Notes under the pieces: generated by a model
What the model saw: only the letters and a program-made list of their open reading frames with translations
What the model was told of the DNA's origin: nothing
The model's database searches: none
Assembly: GCA_964016885.1 (NCBI GenBank)
Contig: OZ024746.1
Span: 26,226,001-26,290,000 of the forward strand
Reading direction: 5' to 3'
Length of the DNA stretch: 64,000 nt
Source: Eledone cirrhosa
Taxonomy: Eukaryota
Program-made: the position numbers and the translations under genes
Part shown: piece by piece, positions 40,851-56,898 of the stretch
How positions within the stretch are numbered: position 1 is the first letter of the stretch
Layout: the number at the start of each line of letters is the position of its first letter

Positions 40851-41649
40851 AATACATATGTCAATTTGTCTATATTCCTATTGTGACATGTCTATTAGAC
40901 ATACTTTATATTCCTACCAATTTGTTATCATTTAGACATTGTCTTGAAAACTTCCCTCTCTCTCTCTCCTGGAACACAAAATCACTTCCCTTGTCGCCCC
41001 CTTCCTTTATATTTTATTTTTGCAGTAAATGATGAAAATCCTTTTGTAGGTAAAAAAAGATTTAATGCTAAATATTTGCTATAAATACAAACCCAACAGT
41101 AACTGAAGATCTAAAAATCTAGTGAGCTACTCTTCAGCAATTCTTCTCAAAAATGGCTAAAAGATTACAATCAAAGAGTGGATAGAAGAACCCCACCACA
41201 ACCAACCCACACTAATCTAACCTAATTAAGTGTTTTCTTTAAAGACTGAAACATATTCACCATCATCAAAGCAGAAAATCATATTAAACATTGTGTTACT
41301 TATTAGTCAACAACTGGTGATATATCTTAAAATAGCCACTATATTCCATTTTTGTTATTGATAGTGTGTTTATGTGTTTATCACTTGACACTGAAACATG
41401 ACTAGAAAAAAAAAAAGGAATCCTATTATGGTGAGGAACCACCAAAACTGTAATATTTTACATGCAATAAACGTTAAAAAAAATAACTATCTTCCATACA
41501 ATTTAGAATCCAGCAGTGATATCAAATCAATAAAATATGGTATAAGTGAGGATACTTCTACCAGATTCTTTCAATAAAGTATTACAGACTTAAAGCTCAG
41601 TCTAGTTATACAGTTGGCATCAAACAAGAAAAGAAGAGAAAAAATGGTA

Positions 41650-42010
41650 ACTATTTTATTCTTTTACTGGTTTCAATCTTTAGACTGCAGCCATGCTGGG
41701 GCACTGTACTTTTACTGGTTCCAGTCATTAGGCTGCGGCCATGCTGGAGTACTGTACTTTTACTAATTCCATAAATTATGCATTGGCCATGCTGGCACAC
41801 TGTTCTTTTACGAGTTCCTGTCTTTAAACTGCAGCCATGCTGGGGCACTGTTATTTTACTGACTGTGGCCATGCTGGAGCACTGTTATTTCACTAGTTCC
41901 AACCATGCTGGGGCACTGTTTTCCTAGTAGTTGTCATTAGACTGTGGCCATGCTGGAGCACTGTTCTTTTACTAATTCTAGCCTTTTGATTGTAGCCATG
42001 CTGGGGCACT
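41650..42010 (-). repeat. Tandem array (~8 units) of the GTGCCCCAGCATGGCCGCAG..CCAGTAAAAG unit
   Basis: GCCATGCTGG(G/A)GCACTG recurs every ~30-48 bp; same unit as 18500-18770. Confidence 0.8.
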
Positions 42011-42203
42011 TCATTAAAGGAATTTAGTCAATCACATTGACCTCAGAACTTATATTTTTCAAGCCAAGTACTTATTTTTATTGTCAAACAGATAGGTTAT
42101 GGAACATAGACACACACCAACACACAGATGAGACATTACTAGTTAAGAACAATAAGTCCATTATTCAACTTAGTATTTTATATTTAAGGAAAGAATCTCT
42201 ATA

Positions 42204-42251
<48 letters not shown>

Positions 42252-42418
42252 TATATATAATTATATCTCATAAAATAATACAACTGGCTTTCCACAAAAT
42301 ACATATAGTTAGCACCCCAAACACTTAAATTGGGTTTATACTAACATATAACCTAATGTTTGTTGAGTGAGATGGTTACCAGTCGGAGTTTAGCTTTAAG
42401 CTATCTCTGTTATTGTAT

Positions 42419-42461
<43 letters not shown>

Positions 42462-42526
42462 TCCACTCAACACAATGAACTTCATACTGTTTACAATGTT
42501 GTGGATTCACTGTCTAGAGTTGGCAT

Positions 42527-42684
42527 GTGGATTGGCAGTATCAGCATAGTTACGTCCATTTATGGTCTGAGTTCAAATCCCGTCGAGGTTAACTTTGTCT
42601 TTCATCCTTACGGGGTCGATAAAATAAAGTACCAGTAATGCACTGGGTAATTGCTGGCCGTGTGCCAAATGTAGAAACAATTAT
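42527..42684 (+). mobile_element. SINE family B
   Basis: GTGGATTGGCAGTATC...GAGTTCAAATCCCGTCGAGG...GTAGAAACAATTA, with a small deletion in the head. Confidence 0.88.
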
Positions 42685-42689
42685 ATCTA

Positions 42690-42733
42690 TGTATATACAC
42701 TATACAGCCATATACATATATATACATTGTGTG

Positions 42734-42764
<31 letters not shown>

Positions 42765-43203
42765 CATACATACATATATACATATATATATTATATATAC
42801 ATACATACATATATACAAATACACACACATATAAATACACACATATATACACATATACATACACATACATATACATATATATACACATACATGTACATAT
42901 ATATACACATACATATACACATATATACACACATACACATATATACACACACACATACACATATATACACACACACATACACATATATACACACACACAT
43001 ACACATATATACACACACACATACACATATATACACACACACATACACATATATACACACACGCATACACATATATACACACACACATACACATATATAC
43101 ACACACATACACATATATATATACACACACATACACACACACATATATATATATATATACATACATACATATATATACACACACACACACACATATACAT
43201 ATA
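42690..43203. repeat. (TA)n/(CA)n microsatellite
   Basis: Direct inspection. Confidence 0.95.
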
Positions 43204-43735
43204 TGAGAGTACTGCAATCGCTTGTCAGATTACAGAAAATGGTGCACTTTTAGGCTATGGCCAGCCACACAAACCTGTAACACACACAAATCCTGAACAA
43301 GCAATGCCTGTGATTTGAGGGTTTTTTAAGTGGGGGAAGGCCTTGTAATCAATCAATCCCACTCTCTGAGCATCAAAAACACTACCCGAAAAGGAGAACT
43401 ATTCAGCATCATCGGGTGCTTCCGAAGTAGCAGGTTTGTTTTTTCAGAGTTTCCTTCTCTTAGAAAGGTGTTGTGACAACAACTGGGGGGGGGGGGGGCT
43501 TTCACTTCCAGGTGAAAAAAAAAAAGACAAAAAAAGTACTATTTCGATGGCTGTAGACTCTGCCGAGTTCCTCCGCCCTTTGCCGGGTGTTGTATTTCAT
43601 CCCACAGGGTGTCCAAATATCATCCTCCCCAGCCAAGCAAGCTTGGTGGGGTTGCTGGTTTAGTCGCCGACAACCCGACCATGAGACAGGTTTTACATGT
43701 TACCAGTAGCACTCGCGAGCAACCTGACGTACATA
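43204..43735. repeat. Dispersed repeat family C, longer copy
   Basis: Colinear with 6856-7320; bounded on both sides by microsatellite. Confidence 0.65.
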
Positions 43736-43739
43736 TATG

Positions 43740-44151
<412 letters not shown>

Positions 44152-44197
44152 GAAGTAACAGGAGGCTGGACTGGTGTAAATCCTTGAAAGGTTTATT

Positions 44198-44255
44198 ATA
44201 CTATGATCATTTCAATGACCGTGTTCCATATGAATCCGGTGATATCATCAGGTAT
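44198..44255 (-). ncRNA. Minimal type I hammerhead ribozyme motif
   Basis: Minus strand: ATAC-CTGATGA-[TATCACCG gattcatatggaaca CGGTCATT]-GAAA-TGATCA-TA-GTAT, followed immediately by AATAAA. 4-bp stem I, palindromic stem III, stem II 6 of 8 paired. Confidence 0.72.
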
Positions 44256-45313
44256 TGGAATATAACAAAGAAATATGTAAAAAGCCATGGGTCCGAAAAA
44301 CCATGGGTCCGAGAAACCAGAGACAGAAGGCGGCTGACCAACTAGCTTCACAGCCAGCCGCCCTCAAAGTGTTGGCAACCGAAAAACTACCAGTGAATAT
44401 CTGGTAAGGGGGTGCAGGCCTATCATGTACTACTACCACCCATCAAAGAAGAAGCTGGAAGAAAGAAAGAAAGGGAGAAAGAAGTGTAGTGTAAGGGTCA
44501 AAATACATTCATGTTAGAAAATGCCGCGAAAAGAATGCTACCCATAGAATCTATAGTGGGTGTTTGTATGGTCTAATGTGTGAAGATTGGAACGCTAAAC
44601 TTATGTTGCGAGTTATAGGATGAAATAAATTAAATTAAAAATATTATATTGCAAAATGGTAAATTGAAAAATAGAGGTGGCGAGATTTATTTATTTAACG
44701 AACTCACGGAGAGAGACTTATAAGGAGAAAAAAAAAAAAAAAAAAAAATTTTTTTTAACTCGATAAGCTATTAGGATGGGATATAGAGTAAAGATTTCGA
44801 TTGGGAGTCCCAGCCAGCACACCCACCACCATCGGTCAGCCAGTCTCGAGTGGTATCGTCCAGCGAAAGAAATGGAAATTAATTTTTCCGAGTACTCTAG
44901 GAAAGTAACAAGCCACTCCGAGTAATTTCATTTACCGAAAGAGGAGAAATTTATTTTTCCGAGCACTCACGGAAGGCTGAACTTTCCGAGGGCCCAGCGC
45001 GCAGCCGGGAGAAAAGCCGCAGCACAAGTCAAACAACGAAAAGTGCAAATAGATCAAAATTATTCTAAATTACTTGTATATATACACATTACTAAATATA
45101 TACACATATATATATATACACATATATATACACATATATATATACACATATATATATACACATATATATATACACACATATATATACACATATATACATA
45201 TATATACACATATATACATACATATACATACACATATATATACACACATATACATATATATACACACATATATACATACATATATACACACACATATATA
45301 CATACATATATAT

Positions 45314-45354
<41 letters not shown>

Positions 45355-45365
45355 TATATATATAT

Positions 45366-45406
<41 letters not shown>

Positions 45407-47729
45407 TATATATATACATATATATACACACATATATATATACATATATATATATACATATATACACACACATATATATATATACATATATATACACATA
45501 TATATATATATATACATATATATACACACATATATATATACATATACATATATATACACACATATATATATACATATACATATATATACACACATATATA
45601 TATACATATACATATATATACACACATATATATATACATATACATATATATACACATATATATATATACATATATATATACACATATATATATATACATA
45701 TATATACACATATATATATATACATATATATACACATATATATATATATACATATATATACACACACATATATATATATACATATATATACACACACATA
45801 TATATATATACATATATATACACACACATATATATACATATATATACACATACATATATATACATATATATACACACACATATATATACATATATATACA
45901 CATACATATATATACATATATATACACATACATATATATACATATATATACACATACATATATATACACATACATATATATACATATATATACACATAAT
46001 ATATATATACATATATATACACATATATATATATACATATATATACACATATATATATATACATATATATACACATATATATATATACATATATATACAC
46101 ATATATATATATACATATATATACACATATATATATATACATATATATACACACATATATATATACATATATATACACACATATATATATACATATATAT
46201 ACACATATATATATATACATATATATACACATATATATATATACCATATATATACACATATATATATATACATATATATACACATATATATATATACATA
46301 TATATACACATATATATATATACATATATATACACATATATATATATACATATATATACACATATATATATATACATATATATACACATATATATATATA
46401 CATATATATACACATATATATATATATATATATACACATATATATATACATATATATACACATATATATATATACATATATATACACATATATATATATA
46501 CATATATATATACATATATAACATATATATATACATATATATACACATATATATATATATACATATATATACACATATATATATATACATATATATACAC
46601 ATATATATATATATACATATATATACACATATATATATATATACATATATATACACATATATATATATACATATATATACACATATATATACACATATAT
46701 ATATATACACATATATATATACACATATATATATATATACATATATATACAATTATATATATATACATAAACATATATATATACACATATATATATATAT
46801 ATATATACACATATATATATATATATATATACATATATATACACATATATACATATACATATATATACACATATATACATATACATATATATACACATAT
46901 ATACATATATATACACATATATACATATATATACACATATATACATATATACTACACATATATACATATATATACACATATATATACATATATATATATA
47001 CATATATATACATATATATACACGCATATATATATATACACATATATATATATACACATATATATACACATATATATATATATACATACACATATATATA
47101 TACATATATATACACATATATATATATATACATATATATACACATATATATATATATACATATATATACACATATATATATATATATACACATATATATA
47201 TACACATATATATATATACACACATATATATATATACACACATATATATATATACATATATATATACACATATACACACATATATATATATACACACATA
47301 TATATATATACATATATATACACATATACACACATATATATATATACACACATATATATATATACATATATATACACATATATATATATATCCATATATG
47401 TACACATATATATATATATCCATATATATACACATATATATATATATACACATATATACACATATATATATATATATATACACATATATACACATATACA
47501 TATATACACATATATATATATATATACATATATATACACATATATATATATATTATACACATATATACACATATACATATATACACATATATATATATAT
47601 ATACATATATATACACATATATATATATATATACATATATGTAGGAGGTGAGATTTATTGTAGTACAATAAAGCAATGCAGATATCAGATAAGAAGCACT
47701 CTACAGTTTGTAGGACTGGAGTATAAATA

Positions 47730-47904
47730 ATATATAAGATCAAAGGATGGTTAAAGGAGTTCCATGTATTTTATTATGCGCATTTCAAAAACATGACGAT
47801 GTTTGTTTTTATGAAGCGCATTTCAAAACATGATGATGTTTGTTTTTGAAATGCGCATAATAAAAGAAAAGGAACTCCTTTAACCATCCTTTGATCTTAT
47901 ATAT
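47730..47904. mobile_element. Fold-back / MITE-like palindromic element
   Basis: Perfect outer arms ATATATAAGATCAAAGGATGGTTAAAGGAGTTCC and its reverse complement; perfect inner arms TTTTATTATGCGCATTTCAAAAACA and its reverse complement. Confidence 0.65.
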
Positions 47905-48699
47905 CATATATACATATATATACACATATATATATATATACATATATATATACACATATATATATATACATATATATACACATATGTATATATATATACA
48001 TATATATACACATATATATACACATATATATATATACACATATATATATATACATATATAAACACATATATATATATATACATATATATACACATATATA
48101 TATATACATATATATACACATATATATATACATATATATACATATATATATATACATATATATACATATATATATACACATATATACATATATATATACA
48201 CATATATACATATATATACACATATATACATATATATACACATATATATACCCATATATATATACACATATATATACATATATATATACACATATATATA
48301 CCCATATATATATACACATATATATACACATATATATACATATATATATACACATATATATACATATATATATACACATATATACATATATATATACACA
48401 TATATACACATATATATACACATATATATACCCATATATATATATACATATATATACAGATATATATATATACATATATACATACACATATATATATATA
48501 CATATATATACACATATATATATATACATATATATACACACATATATTTACATATATATGTGTGTATATATATATATACATATATATATATACATATATA
48601 TACATATATATATACATATATATATACATATATATATACATATATATATACATATATATATACATATATATATACATATATATATACATATATATATAC

Positions 48700-48731
<32 letters not shown>

Positions 48732-48931
48732 NNNNNNNNNNNNNNNNNNNNNNNNNNNNNNNNNNNNNNNNNNNNNNNNNNNNNNNNNNNNNNNNNNNNN
48801 NNNNNNNNNNNNNNNNNNNNNNNNNNNNNNNNNNNNNNNNNNNNNNNNNNNNNNNNNNNNNNNNNNNNNNNNNNNNNNNNNNNNNNNNNNNNNNNNNNNN
48901 NNNNNNNNNNNNNNNNNNNNNNNNNNNNNNN
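48732..48931. other. Assembly gap (200 N)
   Basis: Run of N; the round length indicates a scaffold join of unknown size. Confidence 0.99.
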
Positions 48932-48932
48932 A

Positions 48933-48963
<31 letters not shown>

Positions 48964-49096
48964 ATATGTATATATATATGTATGTATATGTATATGTATG
49001 TATGTATATATATATGTATATATGTATATATATATGTATATATATATGTATGTATATGTATATGTATGTATGTATATATATATATATATGTATATG

Positions 49097-49132
<36 letters not shown>

Positions 49133-49271
49133 CATATACATACATATATATATATATATATACATACATACATATACATATACATACATATATATATACA
49201 TATATATATACATATATACATATATATATACATACATACATATACATATACATACATATATATATACATAT

Positions 49272-49304
<33 letters not shown>

Positions 49305-50007
49305 TATATATATACATATATATATACATATATATATACATATATAAATATACATATATATATACATATATATATATACATATATATATATATACACATA
49401 TATATATATATATACAACATATATATATATATACATATATATATATACACATATATATATATACACATATACATATATATATATACATATATATATATAC
49501 ACATATATATATATACACATATATATATACACATATATATATATACACATTATATATATATACATATATATATATATACACATATATATATATACATATA
49601 TATATATATACACATATACATATATATATATACATATATATATATATACACATATATATATATATACATATATATATATACACATATATATATATACACA
49701 TATATATATATACACATATACATATATATATATACATATATATATATACACATATATATATATACACATATATATATACACATATATATATATACACATA
49801 TATATATACACATATATATATACACATATATATATAACACATATATATATACACATATATATATATACACATATATATATACACATATATATATATACAT
49901 ATATATATATATACATATTATATATATACATATATATATACATATATATATACATATATATATACATATATATATATACATATATATATATACATATATA
50001 TATATAC

Positions 50008-50070
<63 letters not shown>

Positions 50071-50071
50071 C

Positions 50072-50118
<47 letters not shown>

Positions 50119-50133
50119 CATATATATATATAC

Positions 50134-50164
<31 letters not shown>

Positions 50165-50187
50165 CATATATATATATACATATATAC

Positions 50188-50240
<53 letters not shown>

Positions 50241-50249
50241 CATATATAC

Positions 50250-50300
<51 letters not shown>

Positions 50301-50355
50301 CATATATACATATACATATATATATATATACATATACATATATACATATATATAC

Positions 50356-50426
<71 letters not shown>

Positions 50427-50694
50427 CATATATATATATACATATATATATACATATATATATATACATATATATATATATACATATATACATATATACA
50501 TATATACATATATACATATATACATATACATACATATATATATATACATATATATATATACAGATATATATATACAGATATATATATACATATATATACA
50601 TATATATACATATATATACACATATATATATATACATATTATATACATATATATACACATATATATATATACATATATATACATATATATACAC

Positions 50695-50725
<31 letters not shown>

Positions 50726-50752
50726 CACATATATATATACATATATATACAC

Positions 50753-50783
<31 letters not shown>

Positions 50784-51298
50784 CACACATATATATACAT
50801 ATATATATACACACATATATATATACACACATATATATATACACACATATATATATACACATATATATATACACATATATATATATACACACATATATAT
50901 ATACACACATATATATATACACATATATATATACACATATATATACACACATATATATATACATATATATATATATACACATATATATACATATACACAT
51001 ATATATACATATACACATATATATACATATACATATACACATATATATATACACATATATATATATACACATATATATATATATATATATACACATATAT
51101 ATATACACATATATATATATATATATACATATACACACATATATATATATATATATACACATATATATACATATATACACATATATATACATATATACAC
51201 ATATATATACATATATACACACATATATATACATATATACACACATATATATACATATATACACACATATATATACATATATACACACATATATGTAT

Positions 51299-51648
51299 AT
51301 CATCATTTCATTTCATTTCATTTCATTTCACGTCCGCTTTTCCCTGCTTGCAAGGGTGGGACAGAACTGATTCTGGCTTGATTTCTACAGCTGGATGCCC
51401 TTCCTAACGCCAACCTCATTTACAGTGAGTGCTGGGTGCTTTTTTGCCGTGGCACCTCCACGACTACTTTGCAGTGGAATGATATGGACCCCAGTCCCTA
51501 TCATCTCATTTCTCCAGCTGAGTAAACTGGAGCAATTTGAAATAAAGTGTCTTGCTCAAGGAAACAACACATCACCCGGTCTGAGAATTGAACTCACAAC
51601 CTTTCGATTACAAGGCCAATGCTCTAACCACTAAGCCACGTGCCTCCA
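51299..51648 (-). mobile_element. SINE family A, full length
   Basis: Reverse complement of the 25625-25974 copy. Confidence 0.92.
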
Positions 51649-52538
51649 CTATATACATATATATACACACACATATATATATATATATATACATATATAT
51701 ACGTACACATATATATATATATATATACATATATATACGTACACATATATATATATATATATACATATATATACGTACACATATATATATATATATATAC
51801 ATATATATACGTACACATATATATATATATATATATACATATATATACGTACACATATATATATATATATATATACATATATATACGTACACATATATAT
51901 ATATATATATACATATATATACGTACACATATATATATATATATACATATATATACACACACATATATATATATATATACATATATATACACACACATAT
52001 ATATATATATATACATATATATACACACACATATATATATATATATACATATATATACACACACACATATATATATATATATACATATATATACACACAC
52101 ACACATATATATATATACATATATATACACACATATATATATATATATATACATATATATACACACATATATATATATATATATACATATATATACACAC
52201 ATATATATATATACATATATATACACACATATATATATACACATATATATACACACATATATATATACACATATATATACACACATATATATATACATAT
52301 ATATACACACATATATATATATACATATATATACACACATATATATATATACATATATATACACACATATATATATATACATAGTATACACACATATATA
52401 TATATACATATATATACACACATATATATATATACATATATATACACATATATATATATACATATATATACACATATATATATATACATATATATATACA
52501 TATATATATATACATATACATATATATATACATATACA

Positions 52539-52572
<34 letters not shown>

Positions 52573-52770
52573 ATATACATATATATATATACATATATAT
52601 ATACATATATATATATACATATATATATACACATATATATATACACATATATATATATACATATATATATACACATATATATATATACATATATATATAC
52701 ACATATATATATACACATATATATATACACATATATATATATATATACATATATATATACACATATATAT
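51649..52770. repeat. (TA)n/(CA)n microsatellite with TACGTACAC variant units
   Basis: Direct inspection. Confidence 0.95.
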
Positions 52771-52772
52771 GG

Positions 52773-53106
52773 TGGAGGCACATGGCTTAGTGGTTAGAGC
52801 ATTGGCCTTACAATCGAAAGGTTGTGAGTTCAATTCTCAGACCGGGTGATGTGTTGTTTCCTTGAGCAAGACACTTTATTTCACATTGCTCCAGTTTACT
52901 CAGCTGCAGAAATGAGATGATAGGGACTGGCGTCCCTATCATTCCCCTGCAAAGTGGTCTTGGAGGTGCCACGGCAAAAAAGTACCCAGCACTCACTGTA
53001 AATGAGGTTGGTGTTAGGAAGGGCATCCAGCTGTAGAAATCAAGCCAGAATCAGTTCCTGTCCCATCCTTGCAAGCAGGGAAAAGCAGACGTAAAATGAT
53101 GATGAT
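52773..53106 (+). mobile_element. SINE family A, full length
   Basis: Same sequence as the other copies; (ATG)n tail. Confidence 0.92.
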
Positions 53107-53236
53107 ATATATATATGTGTATATATATATACATATACACACATATATATATACATATATATACACACATATATATACACACATATATATACATATATAT
53201 ACACATATATATATACACACATATATATATACACAC

Positions 53237-53267
<31 letters not shown>

Positions 53268-53889
53268 TATATACACACATATATATATACATATATATAC
53301 ACACATATATATATACACATATATATATACACATATATATATACACATATATAAATATATATATATACACACACATATATAAATATATATACATATATAT
53401 ACACACATATATATATATATATACACACACATACATATACATACATACATAAACACAGAGAGAAAGAGAATATCAATATTGCAGTTGAGAAACTGTAAGT
53501 ATCAATAGATCCATTAAAGATCAATGAAAAAGAACTATCAGCAATCAGATATAAGTTCTTATTTTCTTGTTACTCTCCATATTTCCTTACTTTTAATTTC
53601 ACTTCATTAGCTAGACATTGTTATTAGACATAAAACATGTTTGATATTATTGAAGAACGGATGACAAAAACTGCAGAAATGGCAGCAGTGACAGAAACTG
53701 CAGGCAGATAAGCTGCAGAAACAAAAAATAAAAAACAAGGATATTCAGAAGGAAAATAGCTTTATTTTAGGATGAGGTTTTTTATGAAAACAATTTCAGT
53801 AATGAGCTTTATATTTTATTGCAGCTGAGGTTATATATGCCATGTAGTCATGGTATATATATGTATATATATATATAACATGTAGTGAT

Positions 53890-53926
<37 letters not shown>

Positions 53927-53976
53927 CTAAGATATAGTGATATATATATATATATATATACCATCATATATATATA

Positions 53977-55880
53977 TAGTTTTATAAGAGCCCACCAGAT
54001 AATGGAGCGGGGGACTCTGTCAAAGGCTTTTTCCAGGTCTACAAAAGCTAAGTAGAGGGGTTTACTTTTAGCTAGGTACTTCTCTTGTAATTGTCGTGCA
54101 AGGAAAAGAGCGTCTGTGGTACTTTTACATGACACTAACCCGAACTGCATCTAGATCAATTCGCTCTCTGATTAGTTGCGCTATAACTCTTTCTGTGACC
54201 TTCATGACCTGGTCAACTAACTTAATGCCTCTATAGTTTCCTCTATCTAGAGCATCTCCTTTACCCTTGTAGCAGTTGATGATGATGCTGCTACGCCAGT
54301 CTTTTGGTATGACCCCATTCTGTATTACTTGGTTAACTACATGGGTGACCATAGTATGTGCCACCATTCCAGATGCCTTCAACATCTCAGCAACTATCTC
54401 CGAAGGCCCAGCTGCCTTGCCCGTCTTCATATCTTTGATTGTCTTACTTATTATACTACCTTTAACTTGCACCGCTCGTCCTTCTATTGGATTGATTTGC
54501 GGCAGACTATCTTTTTCCCATTTATTCTCCTCATTTAATAGTCTGTAGTGACACTTCCAGGCTATCTTCTTAGCATGAGTGAGGGCAAGTACACCGTTAT
54601 CATTACAGACACACTTCTCCCCGACAATATCACGGTTTTCCTTGACACATTGTCTAGCAATCCTGAACATCTCGCGTTTTTGGTCCTCACGTTGTAGAAC
54701 ATGCTTGAACTTTCTATCCTCTGCTTCCCTTTTTTGCAAGGTACACTTGTCTCCTAGCTTTTCTCCTGGCCACTTGATAGTGCTCTCTACTTCCCCCATC
54801 CTACCATACTTTCCAAGCCTGCTTTTTGGCCTTGATTGTCTCTTCTACCTTACTGTTACTCTCCTCCTGCCAATAGGTCTGCTCCGGCCACAGATTTCAT
54901 CCGTTGCTTTCAGCAGGTTCACTTTCAAGAATTGCCACTGTTCCTCTATATCGCACGTCTCAAATTGCTCTTCCTTATTGTCAAAGGCATCAAGTAATAA
55001 GCTTTTAAATTTGTCACTGGCTATGGGATCCTTCAACTTCCATATTCTTCTCCTCAAGGTAGGCCTCCTCTGTCGTCGAGTACGTCTATTTCTGACTGTG
55101 AGGTCACTAACTACTAGGCTATGTTGGGAGGGATTTAGTGTTTACAACAGACACTTTATATCCTTACTAGAAGACGGGACATAATCTATCTGGCTGGCGT
55201 GTTCCCCTGATCTATAGGTGATCAACTGGTTTTCACGTTTTTTGAAGTTTGTGTTACAGATAGTTAGGTTATTGGCGTCACATAATTCCAGGATTCTGAA
55301 GCCTTCCTCATTTCTATTTCCAACCCCATAGCCTCCATGGATTCCATCATAGCCATCACTATGTTGTCCAACGTGGCCGTTTAGATCGCCAGCAATAATT
55401 AGGTAGTCGCTGACAGTTATTTGGGAGGTAGTGTGCATTAACGTCTCATAGAACCTGTCCTTTATAACGTCAAGTAGACCAGATTGGGGTGCATAAGCAG
55501 ATATTATTGTCACATTAGTTCTATTTAGAACTAGTTTTATTTTAATTATTCTGTCATTTACTCTATTTACGTTGATTACCTTATCTACCCATTTTTCAGC
55601 TAACATAATTCCTACTCCACCCAGTCCGTTGTCGTTTCCCACCCAGAAAAGTTTATAGCATCGTTTTTTACCCACGATGAATCTGGCAGACCCCCCTCTC
55701 CACATAGTCTCTTGAATACAACAAACATCAACTTCTTTACGTTCAAGCATCTCTACAACCTCATTTGAGCGACCTTTCAATGTGCCTACGTTCATGGTAC
55801 CAACTCTGAAGTTGGGAGGGTGGGATGGATGGATTAGAGGCGCAGGGAAGGTGTGGGAGACGGAATTATGTTGGTCATTT
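53977..55880 (-). pseudogene. RTE LINE 5' portion: AP endonuclease, linker and N-terminal RT, frameshifted and 3'-truncated
   Basis: APE motifs GTMNVGTL, CCIQET, SAYAP, GDLNGH, N.EG, TYRSG, SQIDY (55142-55810); continues across frameshifts to NYRGIKL, QFGL and DLEKAFDRVP; the last ~670 bp is closely similar to 31855-32539. Confidence 0.92.
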
Positions 55881-55925
55881 GTGTATATATATATATCATA
55901 TAGTGATGGTATAAATATATATATG

Positions 55926-56267
55926 TGGAGGCACATGGAGGCACATGGCTTAGTGGTTAGAGCATTGGCCTTGCAATCGAAAGGTTGTGAGTTCAATTCA
56001 CAGACCGGGTGATGTGTTGTTTCCTTGAGCAAGACACTTTATTTCACATTGCTCCAGTTTACTCAGCTGTAGAAATGAGATGATAGGACTAGGGTCCATA
56101 TCATTCCACTGCAAAGTGGTCGTGGAGGTGCCATGGCAAAAAAAGCACCCAGCACTCACTGTAAATGAGGTTGGTGTTAGGAAGGGCATCCAGCTGTAGA
56201 AATCAAGCCAGAATCAGTTCCCGTCCCACCCTTGCAAGCAAGGAAAAAGCGGACGTAAAATGAAATG
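55926..56267 (+). mobile_element. SINE family A, full length, first 10 bp duplicated (TGGAGGCACA x2)
   Basis: Same family sequence. Confidence 0.92.
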
Positions 56268-56545
56268 TCATATAGTGATGGTATATATATGTCATATAGT
56301 GATGGTATATATATATATCATGTGATGGTATACATAACATGTAGCGATGGTATATATCATGTAGTGATGGTATATATATAGATATATATATATATCCTGT
56401 AGTGATGGTATACATAACATGTAGTGATGGTATATATATATATTATGTAGTGATAATATATACACCATGTAGGGATAATATATACATGTAGATATAATAG
56501 ACAACATATAGTGAGGCTATAAACAACATGTAGTGATGCTATAAA
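56268..56545. repeat. Minisatellite CATGTAGTGATGG(TA)n
   Basis: Same unit at 53840-53976 and 55882-55925. Confidence 0.85.
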
Positions 56546-56898
56546 ACATATACACATGCTCTTGCTATTTCTAATCTATAACTGTAAGTTATAAAATACA
56601 CCCAGTTCACTCTGTAAAGCAGTAGTGTTAGCGCCATGATAAAATACACACTTACTTACAAATGTTCAACATACTAACTTTCAGTCATACAAACAAACCT
56701 AGGTGTAAATCCAAATAATGAACACTGCACCAAACAGGAAGTTAAACCAATGTCCAGTAGATGGTGTACTTTATTTTATTAGCCCCAGAAGGATGAAAGG
56801 CAAAGTTGACATCACTGAGATATGAACTCAGAATGTAAGAAGCTGGAATACCATGTAACCTTCTGTTCAACACTATCAACTCTGTCAATCCACTTTTA

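Larger units (their letters stand above)
45075..51298. repeat. ~6 kb (TA)n(CA) compound microsatellite, interrupted by a 260-bp island and the N gap
   Basis: Direct inspection; all long ORFs here are repeat translations. Confidence 0.97.

Noticed and set aside
45043-53524. Many ORFs of 300-1128 aa, some running through N
   Set aside because: (TA)n(CA) microsatellite and an assembly gap; not coding.
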